From Synechococcus sp. A15-28 (GTDB taxonomy: Bacteria; Cyanobacteriota; Cyanobacteriia; PCC-6307; Cyanobiaceae): a stretch of DNA of 32,000 nucleotides. The notes beneath the pieces are model-generated. The model made no database searches. It worked only from the letters and a program-made list of their open reading frames with translations, and was not told the origin of the DNA. Position numbers and translations under genes: made by a program. Below are positions 19,058 to 26,592 of this stretch, piece by piece (position 1 is the stretch's first letter; every line of letters starts with the position of its first letter). The stretch lies in the NCBI RefSeq assembly GCF_014280175.1, contig NZ_CP047931.1, positions 360,001-392,000 on the forward strand. Direction: 5' to 3'.

Positions 19058-19322
19058 TTGTTGCATCTTGCACTTGCAATCATTGCTTGCTTCGTTTGGC
19101 GATGCTGTATCGATTGTATGTTTAATCAAAAATGGTTTAACCATCCAAAACTTTTCGTCATAGGCAGTCAGAACAAGGATTGCAGAAGCTGCGGCTGGTG
19201 GGACCCACAAGGTTGACCGACGTCTGAATCAGAATGACTCAATCAACCAAGTCACTATGGATAAGGCAATAGCAACTATCAAGAGCGTTGCTTTCTTCGG
19301 CTTCCGCTTCAAAGCCATTAGG

Positions 19323-19421
19323 TCAACCAGCTGTGAACAAGGTAAACAGCAGCAAAGAGGCCCACACAGCAATCAGCAGGGTCTTTCGATTGAGCTTCTG
19401 ATCAGTATTGTCAGCTGGCAT
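19323..19421 (-). CDS. Possible tiny membrane peptide
   Basis: Manual minus-strand translation: MPADNTDQKLNRKTLLIAVWASLLLFTLFTAG*, with one TM helix. Confidence 0.35.
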   Translation of the reverse strand: MPADNTDQKLNRKTLLIAVWASLLLFTLFTAG

Positions 19422-19721
19422 TGGAGGTGTTTGTAGAGCCTTCGTTAGGAATCCTGTGTATCACCAGTTGCTGCTGCAGAAGGTTCAGGAGCAGCACTTT
19501 CAACAATATGGAAGCGGTTAAGACCTCTAGAGGGATGTGAGTCAGGAGTTCAGAGCTGGCTCATGTGATTACGCCGGTTTTAGCACAATCGGTTTTGTCG
19601 GATCCTCGCTGAGTTTTGCGGTATCTGATTACACATCTATTAAGGTGTAAGGCCATAAGCCCTGTTTTTACGTTGTTGTCGAGGCTATATGTTGTGTGAG
19701 TTTGTGAGGGGGAGAACAGGT

Positions 19722-20195
19722 TCAGGACTTTCCCTTTGCTTTCTCCAACTGGCCGATGATGAAATGCCGGTACTGTGCGGCTAGATCTTGAAATCCCTGT
19801 TCAACCAAACCGGCAATCACGTCAACCGCATCGTCTTCATGCTCGGGAATCAGCATTACCCCACGTTTGCGGCCAAGGATCATCTCCTGAATGATCGTTT
19901 GCGTCTTGCGTGGTGTGCCTGAGGGCTCCTCAAGTACTTCCTGGGCAGGAATGAATCGCGCACGGTGCTGATCATCGGAATTGATCTGTGCAATGAAGCA
20001 ATACTGAGCACCATTAATCTCGACCAATCCCCTGAATTCGGAGAGGTCTTCTGTGGCATCAACACAACAGAAGTTGTTGCTCTGGGATGGTGCTTTTCCA
20101 TCAAAGCCACGAATTCTGGTGATAGTCGCTTTGGCACTGAAAGACTCCTGAGTCAGCCGGGTTACCAACGACTCACATATGGTTCGCTTATTCAA
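19722..20195 (-). CDS. Hypothetical protein (element A)
   Basis: 157 aa, MNKRTICESLVTRLTQESFSAKATITRIRGFDGKAPSQSNNFCCVDATEDLSEFRGLVEINGAQYCFIAQ...; no recognised domain. Confidence 0.65.
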   Translation of the reverse strand: MNKRTICESLVTRLTQESFSAKATITRIRGFDGKAPSQSNNFCCVDATEDLSEFRGLVEINGAQYCFIAQINSDDQHRARFIPAQEVLEEPSGTPRKTQTIIQEMILGRKRGVMLIPEHEDDAVDVIAGLVEQGFQDLAAQYRHFIIGQLEKAKGKS

Positions 20196-20306
20196 GACAA
20201 ATTAGAGTCAAGCCATATTTGAGCTGCTTCAAGCGCTACTATTTGTAGCTGCTGATACTTTTTGAGTCCGTCTACTGACTTGACGCAATTTTGATTACGA
20301 AGAAAG

Positions 20307-20334
20307 GGCCAGGAGTATCAGTGCTATCCTGGCC
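20307..20334 (-). terminator. Strong hairpin between two minus-strand genes, likely terminator
   Basis: GGCCAGGA-(12 nt)-TCCTGGCC perfect 8-bp stem, 10 nt after the stop of ORF 20344-20730. On the minus strand it is followed by CTTTCTTC. Confidence 0.5.
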
Positions 20335-20343
20335 TGAGGAGTT

Positions 20344-20730
20344 TTATGAACTGGCTGTAAGCGTCCAGATTTTTTTGTCAGTTATCCAATCTATTTGGTG
20401 AATAGCATTACCGAATGTCCAATGATACGACTCATAAAATCCTTCCCAGGATTGGCAATGAGGCTGAAAAATTTCTACTTTGTATATCCAAATTTCATAC
20501 TCACAATCCCACGCACCGCAGATGTTTGCGTTTTTGTACTTCCAGCACCCTGCGCCAGAATAGTCCAACGCTATGTTTTGAGGTTTGCTTTCTGATTTAA
20601 AGCGTTTAAGTAATCCCCCGAGTAATTCATTGATCTTGTTTTGGATTAAATCTGTGTGTTCGGGGCTGTCTTTGTATAATTCATCTAAGTACGACGAAAT
20701 TTCTTGGATAGTGCAATGGTGAAAAGACAT
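20344..20730 (-). CDS. Hypothetical protein (element A)
   Basis: 128 aa, MSFHHCTIQEISSYLDELYKDSPEHTDLIQNKINELLGGLL...; no recognised domain. Confidence 0.6.
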   Translation of the reverse strand: MSFHHCTIQEISSYLDELYKDSPEHTDLIQNKINELLGGLLKRFKSESKPQNIALDYSGAGCWKYKNANICGAWDCEYEIWIYKVEIFQPHCQSWEGFYESYHWTFGNAIHQIDWITDKKIWTLTASS

Positions 20731-20839
20731 AGTGTGATTGTTGGAAGGGTTTAGACGTTTTTACTGTCCCTACTGTCCCTACCTCTTTTCAATAAATAGA
20801 GAAGAGATAGGGAGTATGTAAGAGAGTGAACAAGTGGTG

Positions 20840-22834
20840 TTAGCGGGTCTGGACGGGATGGCCACTTGTCAATGGCGGGAAAAATGCGTTGACCCGTTGC
20901 CCGTCGATGCGTCTTCGCGCCTTGTGCCATCCCAGGTCTGCCATCAGCTCAGTAATGCGCTTCGCGTTTTGGCCGTTCTGGCGTTCAGCGCCAATGTCCA
21001 ATTCGCGATAAACGTCCTGGAGCTCGATGTATGCAGCACCAGATCGCCTGAGCACGATGTCTCGGATCAACTCTTCCCAAGGGTCTGGCATGTCGTAACC
21101 CGCATTACGGGAAACGATTTCATCCAGCTCTGATTCAGTACTGAACCACTGGAAGCCATCTCGATAGGCAGCCAAGGCCCGGGCCCAGAACGCATCACGG
21201 CCAAGCCGAACACGTTCGTAGGGGAGCATCTCTTCACCGAGCGGAATCAAGCAGAAGCGTGTGCTGCCAGTTCGATCAACCAATGGCGATCGATTTGCTG
21301 TTCCCCAGAACACTGAGCGCCGTGGGATTCGTTCCGTGCCCTTGCCGTACTTTCGCCGACATAAGTCGGTTGTTCGGCTGATGAAGGCCTTGAGCCTTTC
21401 TGCACTGGTTTTGCGAGTGAAGCCATCAAATTCGGCAAACTCGACCCCCCAGCAGAGCGCCATCAGGGTTACATCGTCGACATCCATGCGAAAGCTAATT
21501 CCGTCGCCATACCACTGATCACTGAACAAGGCCCGTCCAAGTTGTGTCTTGCCGATGCCCTGGGCTCCCAGGAGAACTGGCACCTGCCGGACTAAGCAGC
21601 CTGGCTGAAACACCCTGGCAATCGCTGCCACAGCGAAACGCTGCATGAAGCGAGCGGTGATGGCGTCGTCGATGTTGAACAGCCACTGGTCCAAGCGTTC
21701 CCATTGCTCGTTTGGCAACGGTTTTGCTTTCAGGTTTCCGATGTAGATCTGCACCGGATCAAACGGAGTATCAGCGCCCAGGGTGATGAAGGTGTCTGCT
21801 GTAAGCCGCTTCGGCCAGTTCAACTCGCCACGACTTAGGTACAGATAAAGGTTTTCGACTTCGTCTGCAGTGAACTCTCGTCCTTTGCAGTGAATCCCCT
21901 GGCTCCTCACGTTGAGCATTGGGGTTTCCCCCAGCTCATCAGTCATCCGAGCCAATGCTTCGCCGGCCTTGACCGTTTTCTGTTTCCGCAACTCGTGTTG
22001 CGACACATCCAGTCGGAACAAGGCCGCTTCACCAACGGCAGTGGTTTTGTCGCCGGAGTAAATCCAGCTGTTCCCATTCCGTTCAATCTTTTCGCGTAGC
22101 TCCAGTTTTGGTGGAGCCCACCGCTTGCCTATGTGGCAAAGGATCGCCTGGCCATCGCTGCTGATACGACAGTCCGGTTCCTTCCGCCCGCAGATGGGAC
22201 ATGGGATGCAGTCTTCCCAACCATCGGCTCGTAGGCCATGAGTCTTTCTTGAGTTGGTAGGGGCCGGGGAGCTGCACTCGCTGATGGCCGTCTGGTACAT
22301 CGCCCAAACTTCATCCGGCACTGGCTGGATGGTGTCGGGATTGCCCGTCAACCAGGAGTAATGACCTCCAGATTTGACGTGTTCGCCTGCCACAAGGACC
22401 TGGCCGCTGCCGAAGAAAAACTCCAGTTGCTCGCCGTCGGCAGTCTTTAAGACGGTTTTGCCAGTGCACTGACTCCACCGTTCTTGAGGCACGCGATAGA
22501 CGGCCTTGAAGCGGCTTTGATTGTTATCACGGCCAATCGTCCAGGTCTTGCTGTTGTTGGCAAGGTGCCCGAAACGCTCTGCCGCAACGTGAATTGCGGA
22601 AGGGCCGTCAAAGTCCAGAACCAGTAGCCCCCCGGCGTCTGGCCCACACCTCATTCCGATGCAGCGAAGTCCGTCGAAGTTGAGAACCTGCTGAAGGCTG
22701 AACCATTGGTTCGGCCAATCGGTCACCATCGGTGCTTTGCAATCAGCCCCCCAGCCACAGGGGAGCAACGGCAACTCATCAAGCAGCCTGAATTCTTCCC
22801 GCCACCAAGCGGGGGTTTGTTGTGTCGCTGTCAT
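20840..22834 (-). CDS. Bifunctional primase-polymerase plus VapE/virulence-associated-E-type helicase
   Basis: 664 aa. N-terminal prim-pol-like GCGADCKAPMVTDW...RCGPDAGGLLVLDFDG; zinc motif CIPCPICGRKEPDC...ILCHIG; C-terminal ATPase VLLGAQGIGKTQLGRALF...EFDGFTRKTSAERLKAFISRTTDLCRRKYGKGTERIPRRSVFWGTANRSPLVDRTGSTRF. Confidence 0.88.
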   Translation of the reverse strand: MTATQQTPAWWREEFRLLDELPLLPCGWGADCKAPMVTDWPNQWFSLQQVLNFDGLRCIGMRCGPDAGGLLVLDFDGPSAIHVAAERFGHLANNSKTWTIGRDNNQSRFKAVYRVPQERWSQCTGKTVLKTADGEQLEFFFGSGQVLVAGEHVKSGGHYSWLTGNPDTIQPVPDEVWAMYQTAISECSSPAPTNSRKTHGLRADGWEDCIPCPICGRKEPDCRISSDGQAILCHIGKRWAPPKLELREKIERNGNSWIYSGDKTTAVGEAALFRLDVSQHELRKQKTVKAGEALARMTDELGETPMLNVRSQGIHCKGREFTADEVENLYLYLSRGELNWPKRLTADTFITLGADTPFDPVQIYIGNLKAKPLPNEQWERLDQWLFNIDDAITARFMQRFAVAAIARVFQPGCLVRQVPVLLGAQGIGKTQLGRALFSDQWYGDGISFRMDVDDVTLMALCWGVEFAEFDGFTRKTSAERLKAFISRTTDLCRRKYGKGTERIPRRSVFWGTANRSPLVDRTGSTRFCLIPLGEEMLPYERVRLGRDAFWARALAAYRDGFQWFSTESELDEIVSRNAGYDMPDPWEELIRDIVLRRSGAAYIELQDVYRELDIGAERQNGQNAKRITELMADLGWHKARRRIDGQRVNAFFPPLTSGHPVQTR

Positions 22835-22848
22835 AGGGGTGCTCCGAT

Positions 22849-23106
22849 TCAGCGACGTGGCGAGCAGTCACGCGAGAAGGTTTCAACCTCTTCGCTCGGC
22901 TGGTGTTTGTAGTTCCACAGGCTCTGGATTGCCTGCTCTTTGTTCCATCGGATCTTGCGTGTGCCAAGTCCGACGTACTGCCAGTCCCGATGCTGTTTGA
23001 ACGGGCCGTTCGGGTCCCGTCGCATCCGAAGAATGGTTTCTGGGCAAAGATCAGTCGCTTCAGCGAACTGTCTTGTTGACGCAATCGACATTGCGATAAC
23101 TCGCAC
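22849..23106 (-). CDS. MerR/excisionase-like helix-turn-helix protein (XisA-like of element A)
   Basis: 85 aa, TRQFAEATDLCPETILRMRRDPNGPFKQHRDWQYVGLGTRKIRWNKEQAIQSLW...EEVETFSRD. It is similar to ORF 25339-25608. Confidence 0.6.
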   Translation of the reverse strand: MRVIAMSIASTRQFAEATDLCPETILRMRRDPNGPFKQHRDWQYVGLGTRKIRWNKEQAIQSLWNYKHQPSEEVETFSRDCSPRR

Positions 23107-23108
23107 CC

Positions 23109-23432
23109 TTAGGTGCGGGGGGTGCCATCCCAGTTCTCGTGATGCAGAAGTTCGCGCTGGAGGGCTGCGTAAAAGTTCCGCAGCTTGTCCCGTCGCTTCT
23201 GATCGGGGTTGCCCTGCTCAAGGGTGCCGATGCGGAAGTCGGGGTCGTCCATACGGGCGCGCTTCTTGGTGAAGTAGCGGACTTGCCGCTCGGCGTACCG
23301 ACGATCGACTCCCTTGGGAGTCAACATCTCGACGCGAGTGGGGATGGGCCGATCAGGACCTTGCATCCAACTTGGATGACGTTTTCGGTTCGATCCCTCG
23401 GCGCAGACGTGATGCTGCGTTCCCGACTTCAC
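23109..23432 (-). CDS. Hypothetical protein (element A)
   Basis: 107 aa, sits between integrase and HTH genes in an apparent minus-strand operon. Confidence 0.5.
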   Translation of the reverse strand: MKSGTQHHVCAEGSNRKRHPSWMQGPDRPIPTRVEMLTPKGVDRRYAERQVRYFTKKRARMDDPDFRIGTLEQGNPDQKRRDKLRNFYAALQRELLHHENWDGTPRT

Positions 23433-23500
23433 CTAGTTAACTTAACACCACTGATCGCGATCGTCAGGCAATCTCCCTACCGATGACACCAAATGTGGTG

Positions 23501-24808
23501 TCAGGGCAACGGGATCGTCTCCGCGTCTGACTCAAAGGCCCGAGCTTTGATCGCCTCTGTGATCTGCCGATAGCTGCGCTCATGCACCGCGAGTGAGTGC
23601 CCCATCGCATCCGCGATCACCGTCTTCTCCAGCCCCTCCCGATAGCAGCGAACTCCGAAGCCATCTCTCAGCGAATACACCCGAACCCAGTCCTTCGTCG
23701 GGAGCGCGGCGTATTTATCGATCAGCTCCTTCCACCGCTGCTGAACCGGCCCGGCTGGCTTCCCGTTGCGCTTCCTGTGGAGGTAGCGATTGCAGGCGTG
23801 ACCGGTGAACTCCTTCAGGTCCGGCAGCTTCAACGTCCCCGCCTCCCACGCTTCCACCAGCGGCCACTGCACCGGCTTGTCGTGCTCCGATCGCCGGAAG
23901 TGCATTGGGCGGAGATACCGCGGCTCGGTGTCCTCCTGGCCGCCGACCTTCTCGTAGGAGCAATAGAAGACCCTCTCGCCGGTCTTGCTCGTCGGGTCCG
24001 GCTCCACTGTTAGGTGCTGGATCTCGACTGGACGTAATCCGTATTGCGCCAGCAGTCGGAACAGGTTTGCCCAGGCCGGGTTCTCCTGTTGCACCAGATC
24101 GATGAAGTCCAGGATCTCGGCGTCCTCCAGCACGGCCTTCTTCCGTTTCCTTGTCCGCTTGGGGCACAGCTCGTCACGGTCGGCCTGGGTGATGAGCCAG
24201 GAGCGCGGGACCTTGTATCGGCGGACCGCGAACTCCATGAACCGGGCCAGATACCGGCCACATTCCTTCTGGACTGTTGGGGCATGGGCCCAGTTCTTCA
24301 GCACGGCCTTGAGCAGCTCGTAGCCATCGGCAGGTTTATTGCGCCGGCCCAGCACCCTCACCGCTTCATTGAGGATCGGCTCCCAGTTGGTTTTCCAGGT
24401 CTGCGGCTTGATCTGCTTGCCGAACTCAATTTTCGATTCCTTCATGGCCGCGGCAATGCCGGCCCAGGTGACCTCATCCCCCCTTTCGGGGGGAACGTCG
24501 CTGCTGCCCTTCACCTCCGCCAGGCATTCCTTCAGCGTCCGCTGCCCTTCGGCTGCGCTCCAGACCTTGTAGAGCCGGCGTGACCAGTTGATCGCCGCCT
24601 CCTCGTCCTCCTCCCGATAACGGAGCTTGGGGAGGTTCACCTGCTCCCGCGCTTGGCCGGCTACCCGGTATCGGATGCAGACGTATCCCTTGTCGTTGGT
24701 GATGCTCCAGCCGGGCCACTTGCTGCTGATCGACACCAGCCGCATCTCCCACACGGGCATCTCGCTGAGATTGCGACGCGGCACGCTCTTCCGACAAATT
24801 TCCGACAA
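23501..24808 (-). CDS. Phage-type tyrosine recombinase / integrase (int2)
   Basis: 435 aa; box I FRLLAQYGLRPVEIQHL, box II VYSLRDGFGVRCYREG, LEKTVIADAMGHSLAVHERSYRQI. TTG start. Confidence 0.88.
   Translation of the reverse strand: MSEICRKSVPRRNLSEMPVWEMRLVSISSKWPGWSITNDKGYVCIRYRVAGQAREQVNLPKLRYREEDEEAAINWSRRLYKVWSAAEGQRTLKECLAEVKGSSDVPPERGDEVTWAGIAAAMKESKIEFGKQIKPQTWKTNWEPILNEAVRVLGRRNKPADGYELLKAVLKNWAHAPTVQKECGRYLARFMEFAVRRYKVPRSWLITQADRDELCPKRTRKRKKAVLEDAEILDFIDLVQQENPAWANLFRLLAQYGLRPVEIQHLTVEPDPTSKTGERVFYCSYEKVGGQEDTEPRYLRPMHFRRSEHDKPVQWPLVEAWEAGTLKLPDLKEFTGHACNRYLHRKRNGKPAGPVQQRWKELIDKYAALPTKDWVRVYSLRDGFGVRCYREGLEKTVIADAMGHSLAVHERSYRQITEAIKARAFESDAETIPLP
24789..24808 (+). repeat. Paired direct repeats TTCCGACAA, candidate integrase arm sites (right end)
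   Basis: TTCCGACAA at 24789-24797 and 24800-24808, matching the pair at 16157-16177 in the same orientation. Confidence 0.5.
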
Positions 24809-24927
24809 ACAAGTCTTGTTTGGTTGTCGACGGTCGTCAAGGGTTGCCTACGGGATTAGGCTGTGACTGGCTTTTCTCCGAGAAGCCCTGAAACCAATGT
24901 TGTCGTAATCAGGCGAGTCATGCCTAT

Positions 24928-24950
24928 CACCCAAATGACTCATGGGGCCT
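24928..24950 (+). repeat. Putative att core (attR of element A / attL of element B)
   Basis: TATCACCCAAATGACTCATGGGG, 22/23 identical to 16064-16086, followed by hairpin GGGCC-TGGAAG-GGCCC-TT. Confidence 0.8.
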
Positions 24951-25003
24951 GGAAGGGCCCTTAACCATTTCACTGCAGGCGATCTCGGCAAACCTGGTTT
25001 TCG

Positions 25004-25043
25004 GGATAAATCAGCTTCGGGATAAATCTCGGGATAAATCGCT
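25004..25043 (+). repeat. Three perfect 12-bp direct repeats TCGGGATAAATC
   Basis: Copies at 25004-25015, 25020-25031 and 25032-25043, about 55-95 bp right of the att core. Confidence 0.9.
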
Positions 25044-25338
25044 CGGAGCGGCTCTGTGCAGTCGACAGGCGCTGATGAGACCCCTAAGTTCTTAGTGCGA
25101 GGTCGGAGCCGTCCGATCTTGAAAGCAGCGCAGACCAGGTCCCAACGACCCTGCGTTAGTCAAATGAGAGGTAGCCCTGTCAGCGGTTCTCTCGGCTTGG
25201 TTGGGCAAGTGTTTCTGACAGGTCGCAATCGGTGGAGTAAAGCAGCAAGCCGCAAGCGGAAACAGCTACAGGACGGCGAAGACGAAGGGATGGCTTAGCG
25301 GACGGCCTGACCTGAAGCTCGCTCAGCACAGAGATGCT

Positions 25339-25608
25339 GTGACCGCAACCAACGCTGCCGTGACCCAATGGGTCTCCACCCAGGAGTGCGCTGACGCTCT
25401 TGGCATTCATCCACAAACGCTGCGAAAGCTCCGGCGTCATCGGATCCCGCTTTTCAAGGAAGGCCGCGACTACCGATGGGTTGGCCTCAGTACCAGCAGC
25501 ACCCTTCAGTGGCATGTCCACAGTGCGAGCCAGGCGTTCACCGATTTCCGTTTGATGCCTGCTGAGGCGGTTGAGACCTACAGCCGTGGGAGCAGAGCCC
25601 ATGCCTGA
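25339..25608 (+). CDS. Excisionase/HTH-like protein (Xis-like of element B)
   Basis: 89 aa GTG-start ORF: WVSTQECADALGIHPQTLRKLRRHRIPLFKEGRDYRWVGLSTSSTLQW...AEAVETYSRGS. Confidence 0.6.
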   Translation: MTATNAAVTQWVSTQECADALGIHPQTLRKLRRHRIPLFKEGRDYRWVGLSTSSTLQWHVHSASQAFTDFRLMPAEAVETYSRGSRAHA

Positions 25609-25891
25609 ACAACTCATGTCCGAGCTTGATGTGATCGAGTTGCCGGATGGCACCAGTCACAAGGTCAAAGGTGATGTCATCTCCGTTTTGATTCCGAGGA
25701 AGGATCGGAAGTGCTGGGTGGTACTTCATCTCCAAATCAGCAGAGACAACACGCTTCACTGCCACCTGCGTGGCGGCCACTGGGACTCAATGGCTCACAA
25801 CTGCGATCCAGACAGAACATTCGATCTGGATTTTTACAACGCACTTGAATCTGAAATCAGAGAAGACATGGAGGCCAGTGATGTCCGCTGA
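25601..25891 (+). CDS. Hypothetical protein (element B)
   Basis: 96 aa from ATG 25601 (MPEQLMSELDVIELPDGTSHKVKGDVISVLIPRKDRKCWVVLHLQ...), overlapping both neighbours as in an operon. Confidence 0.55.
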   Translation: MPEQLMSELDVIELPDGTSHKVKGDVISVLIPRKDRKCWVVLHLQISRDNTLHCHLRGGHWDSMAHNCDPDRTFDLDFYNALESEIREDMEASDVR

Positions 25892-26099
25892 TCTCTACAC
25901 CCGCCCGCTTCGTGCTTCGGTGCGTGAGCTTCTACAGGAAGACAACATCGACATCGCTGAAGCTCTTTATTCCGACTGCGATTATCCAACAGCACTCAGC
26001 AATCTTGCTGAAGTTCGTGTAGCTGCGCAGAAGGTGGTATTTGAAGCTGATGCGTTGATGTGCGCAGTGCTTGTTAAGGCGATAGGAGAAGACGATTGA
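25881..26099 (+). CDS. Hypothetical protein (element B)
   Basis: 72 aa from ATG 25881 (MSADLYTRPLRASVRELLQEDNIDIAEALYSDCDYPTALSNLAEVRVAAQ...). Confidence 0.55.
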   Translation: MSADLYTRPLRASVRELLQEDNIDIAEALYSDCDYPTALSNLAEVRVAAQKVVFEADALMCAVLVKAIGEDD

Positions 26100-26185
26100 A
26101 TCATCATATGGGCGGGTAATTCTCGCCCATTGTTGACACTTTTAGTTCATCTCTCAAAATGGACTCATAAGATAAATTGGATCTT

Positions 26186-26356
26186 ATGAAATTCAAGCCG
26201 CGTTGCAAGTATCCGCACATTGCTGCGACATACCTAAGCGATGAACTGCTCAATGAAGTCAACAAATTTTGCGTCGACAACGAATGCAGCAAATCAGAAG
26301 GAATTCGCCTCCTGATGCAGAACGGCCTTGCCGCAATGCTTCTGGACGAGGCATAA
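26186..26356 (+). CDS. Small ribbon-helix-helix-like DNA-binding protein
   Basis: 56 aa, MKFKPRCKYPHIAATYLSDELLNEVNKFCVDNECSKSEGIRLLMQNGLAAMLLDEA*; beta-strand plus two helices with a SKSEGIRLLMxxGL pattern. Not in the supplied ORF track. Confidence 0.55.
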   Translation: MKFKPRCKYPHIAATYLSDELLNEVNKFCVDNECSKSEGIRLLMQNGLAAMLLDEA

Positions 26357-26397
26357 AAAAACCACCGTGCCAGCGGTGGCTCAAAAATCAGGTTCCC

Positions 26398-26592
26398 ATG
26401 AAGTCTACTTTGAAAAGACCATCATTCCCAGATGACTGGGAACAGGAGCCAGCGTCTCCGTTGGTCCTTGATCAGGTACTGAGTCCCGAGTGGCAAGACC
26501 TTGCTTTGCTAATGGCCTGCAGGGAAATTGCCAAGATGAATCGGCTGACATTGGAAGAACAGCTTCATTGCTGGAGGCCTTTTGATGTCTAA
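26398..26592 (+). CDS. Hypothetical small protein (element B)
   Basis: 64 aa from ATG 26398 (MKSTLKRPSFPDDWEQEPASPLVLDQVLSPEWQDLALLMACREIAK...), overlapping the downstream ATG. Confidence 0.5.
   Translation: MKSTLKRPSFPDDWEQEPASPLVLDQVLSPEWQDLALLMACREIAKMNRLTLEEQLHCWRPFDV

Noticed and set aside
26161-26180. GGACTCATAAG, resembling GACTCATGGGG of the att core
   Set aside because: Only about 8 bases match and the TATCACCC part is absent; consistent with chance.
26362-26379. CCACCG-TGCCAG-CGGTGG hairpin between two small element B ORFs
   Set aside because: Real 6-bp inverted repeat but no T-tract on the plus strand and an isolated case. It was not strong enough to call as a terminator or regulatory RNA.
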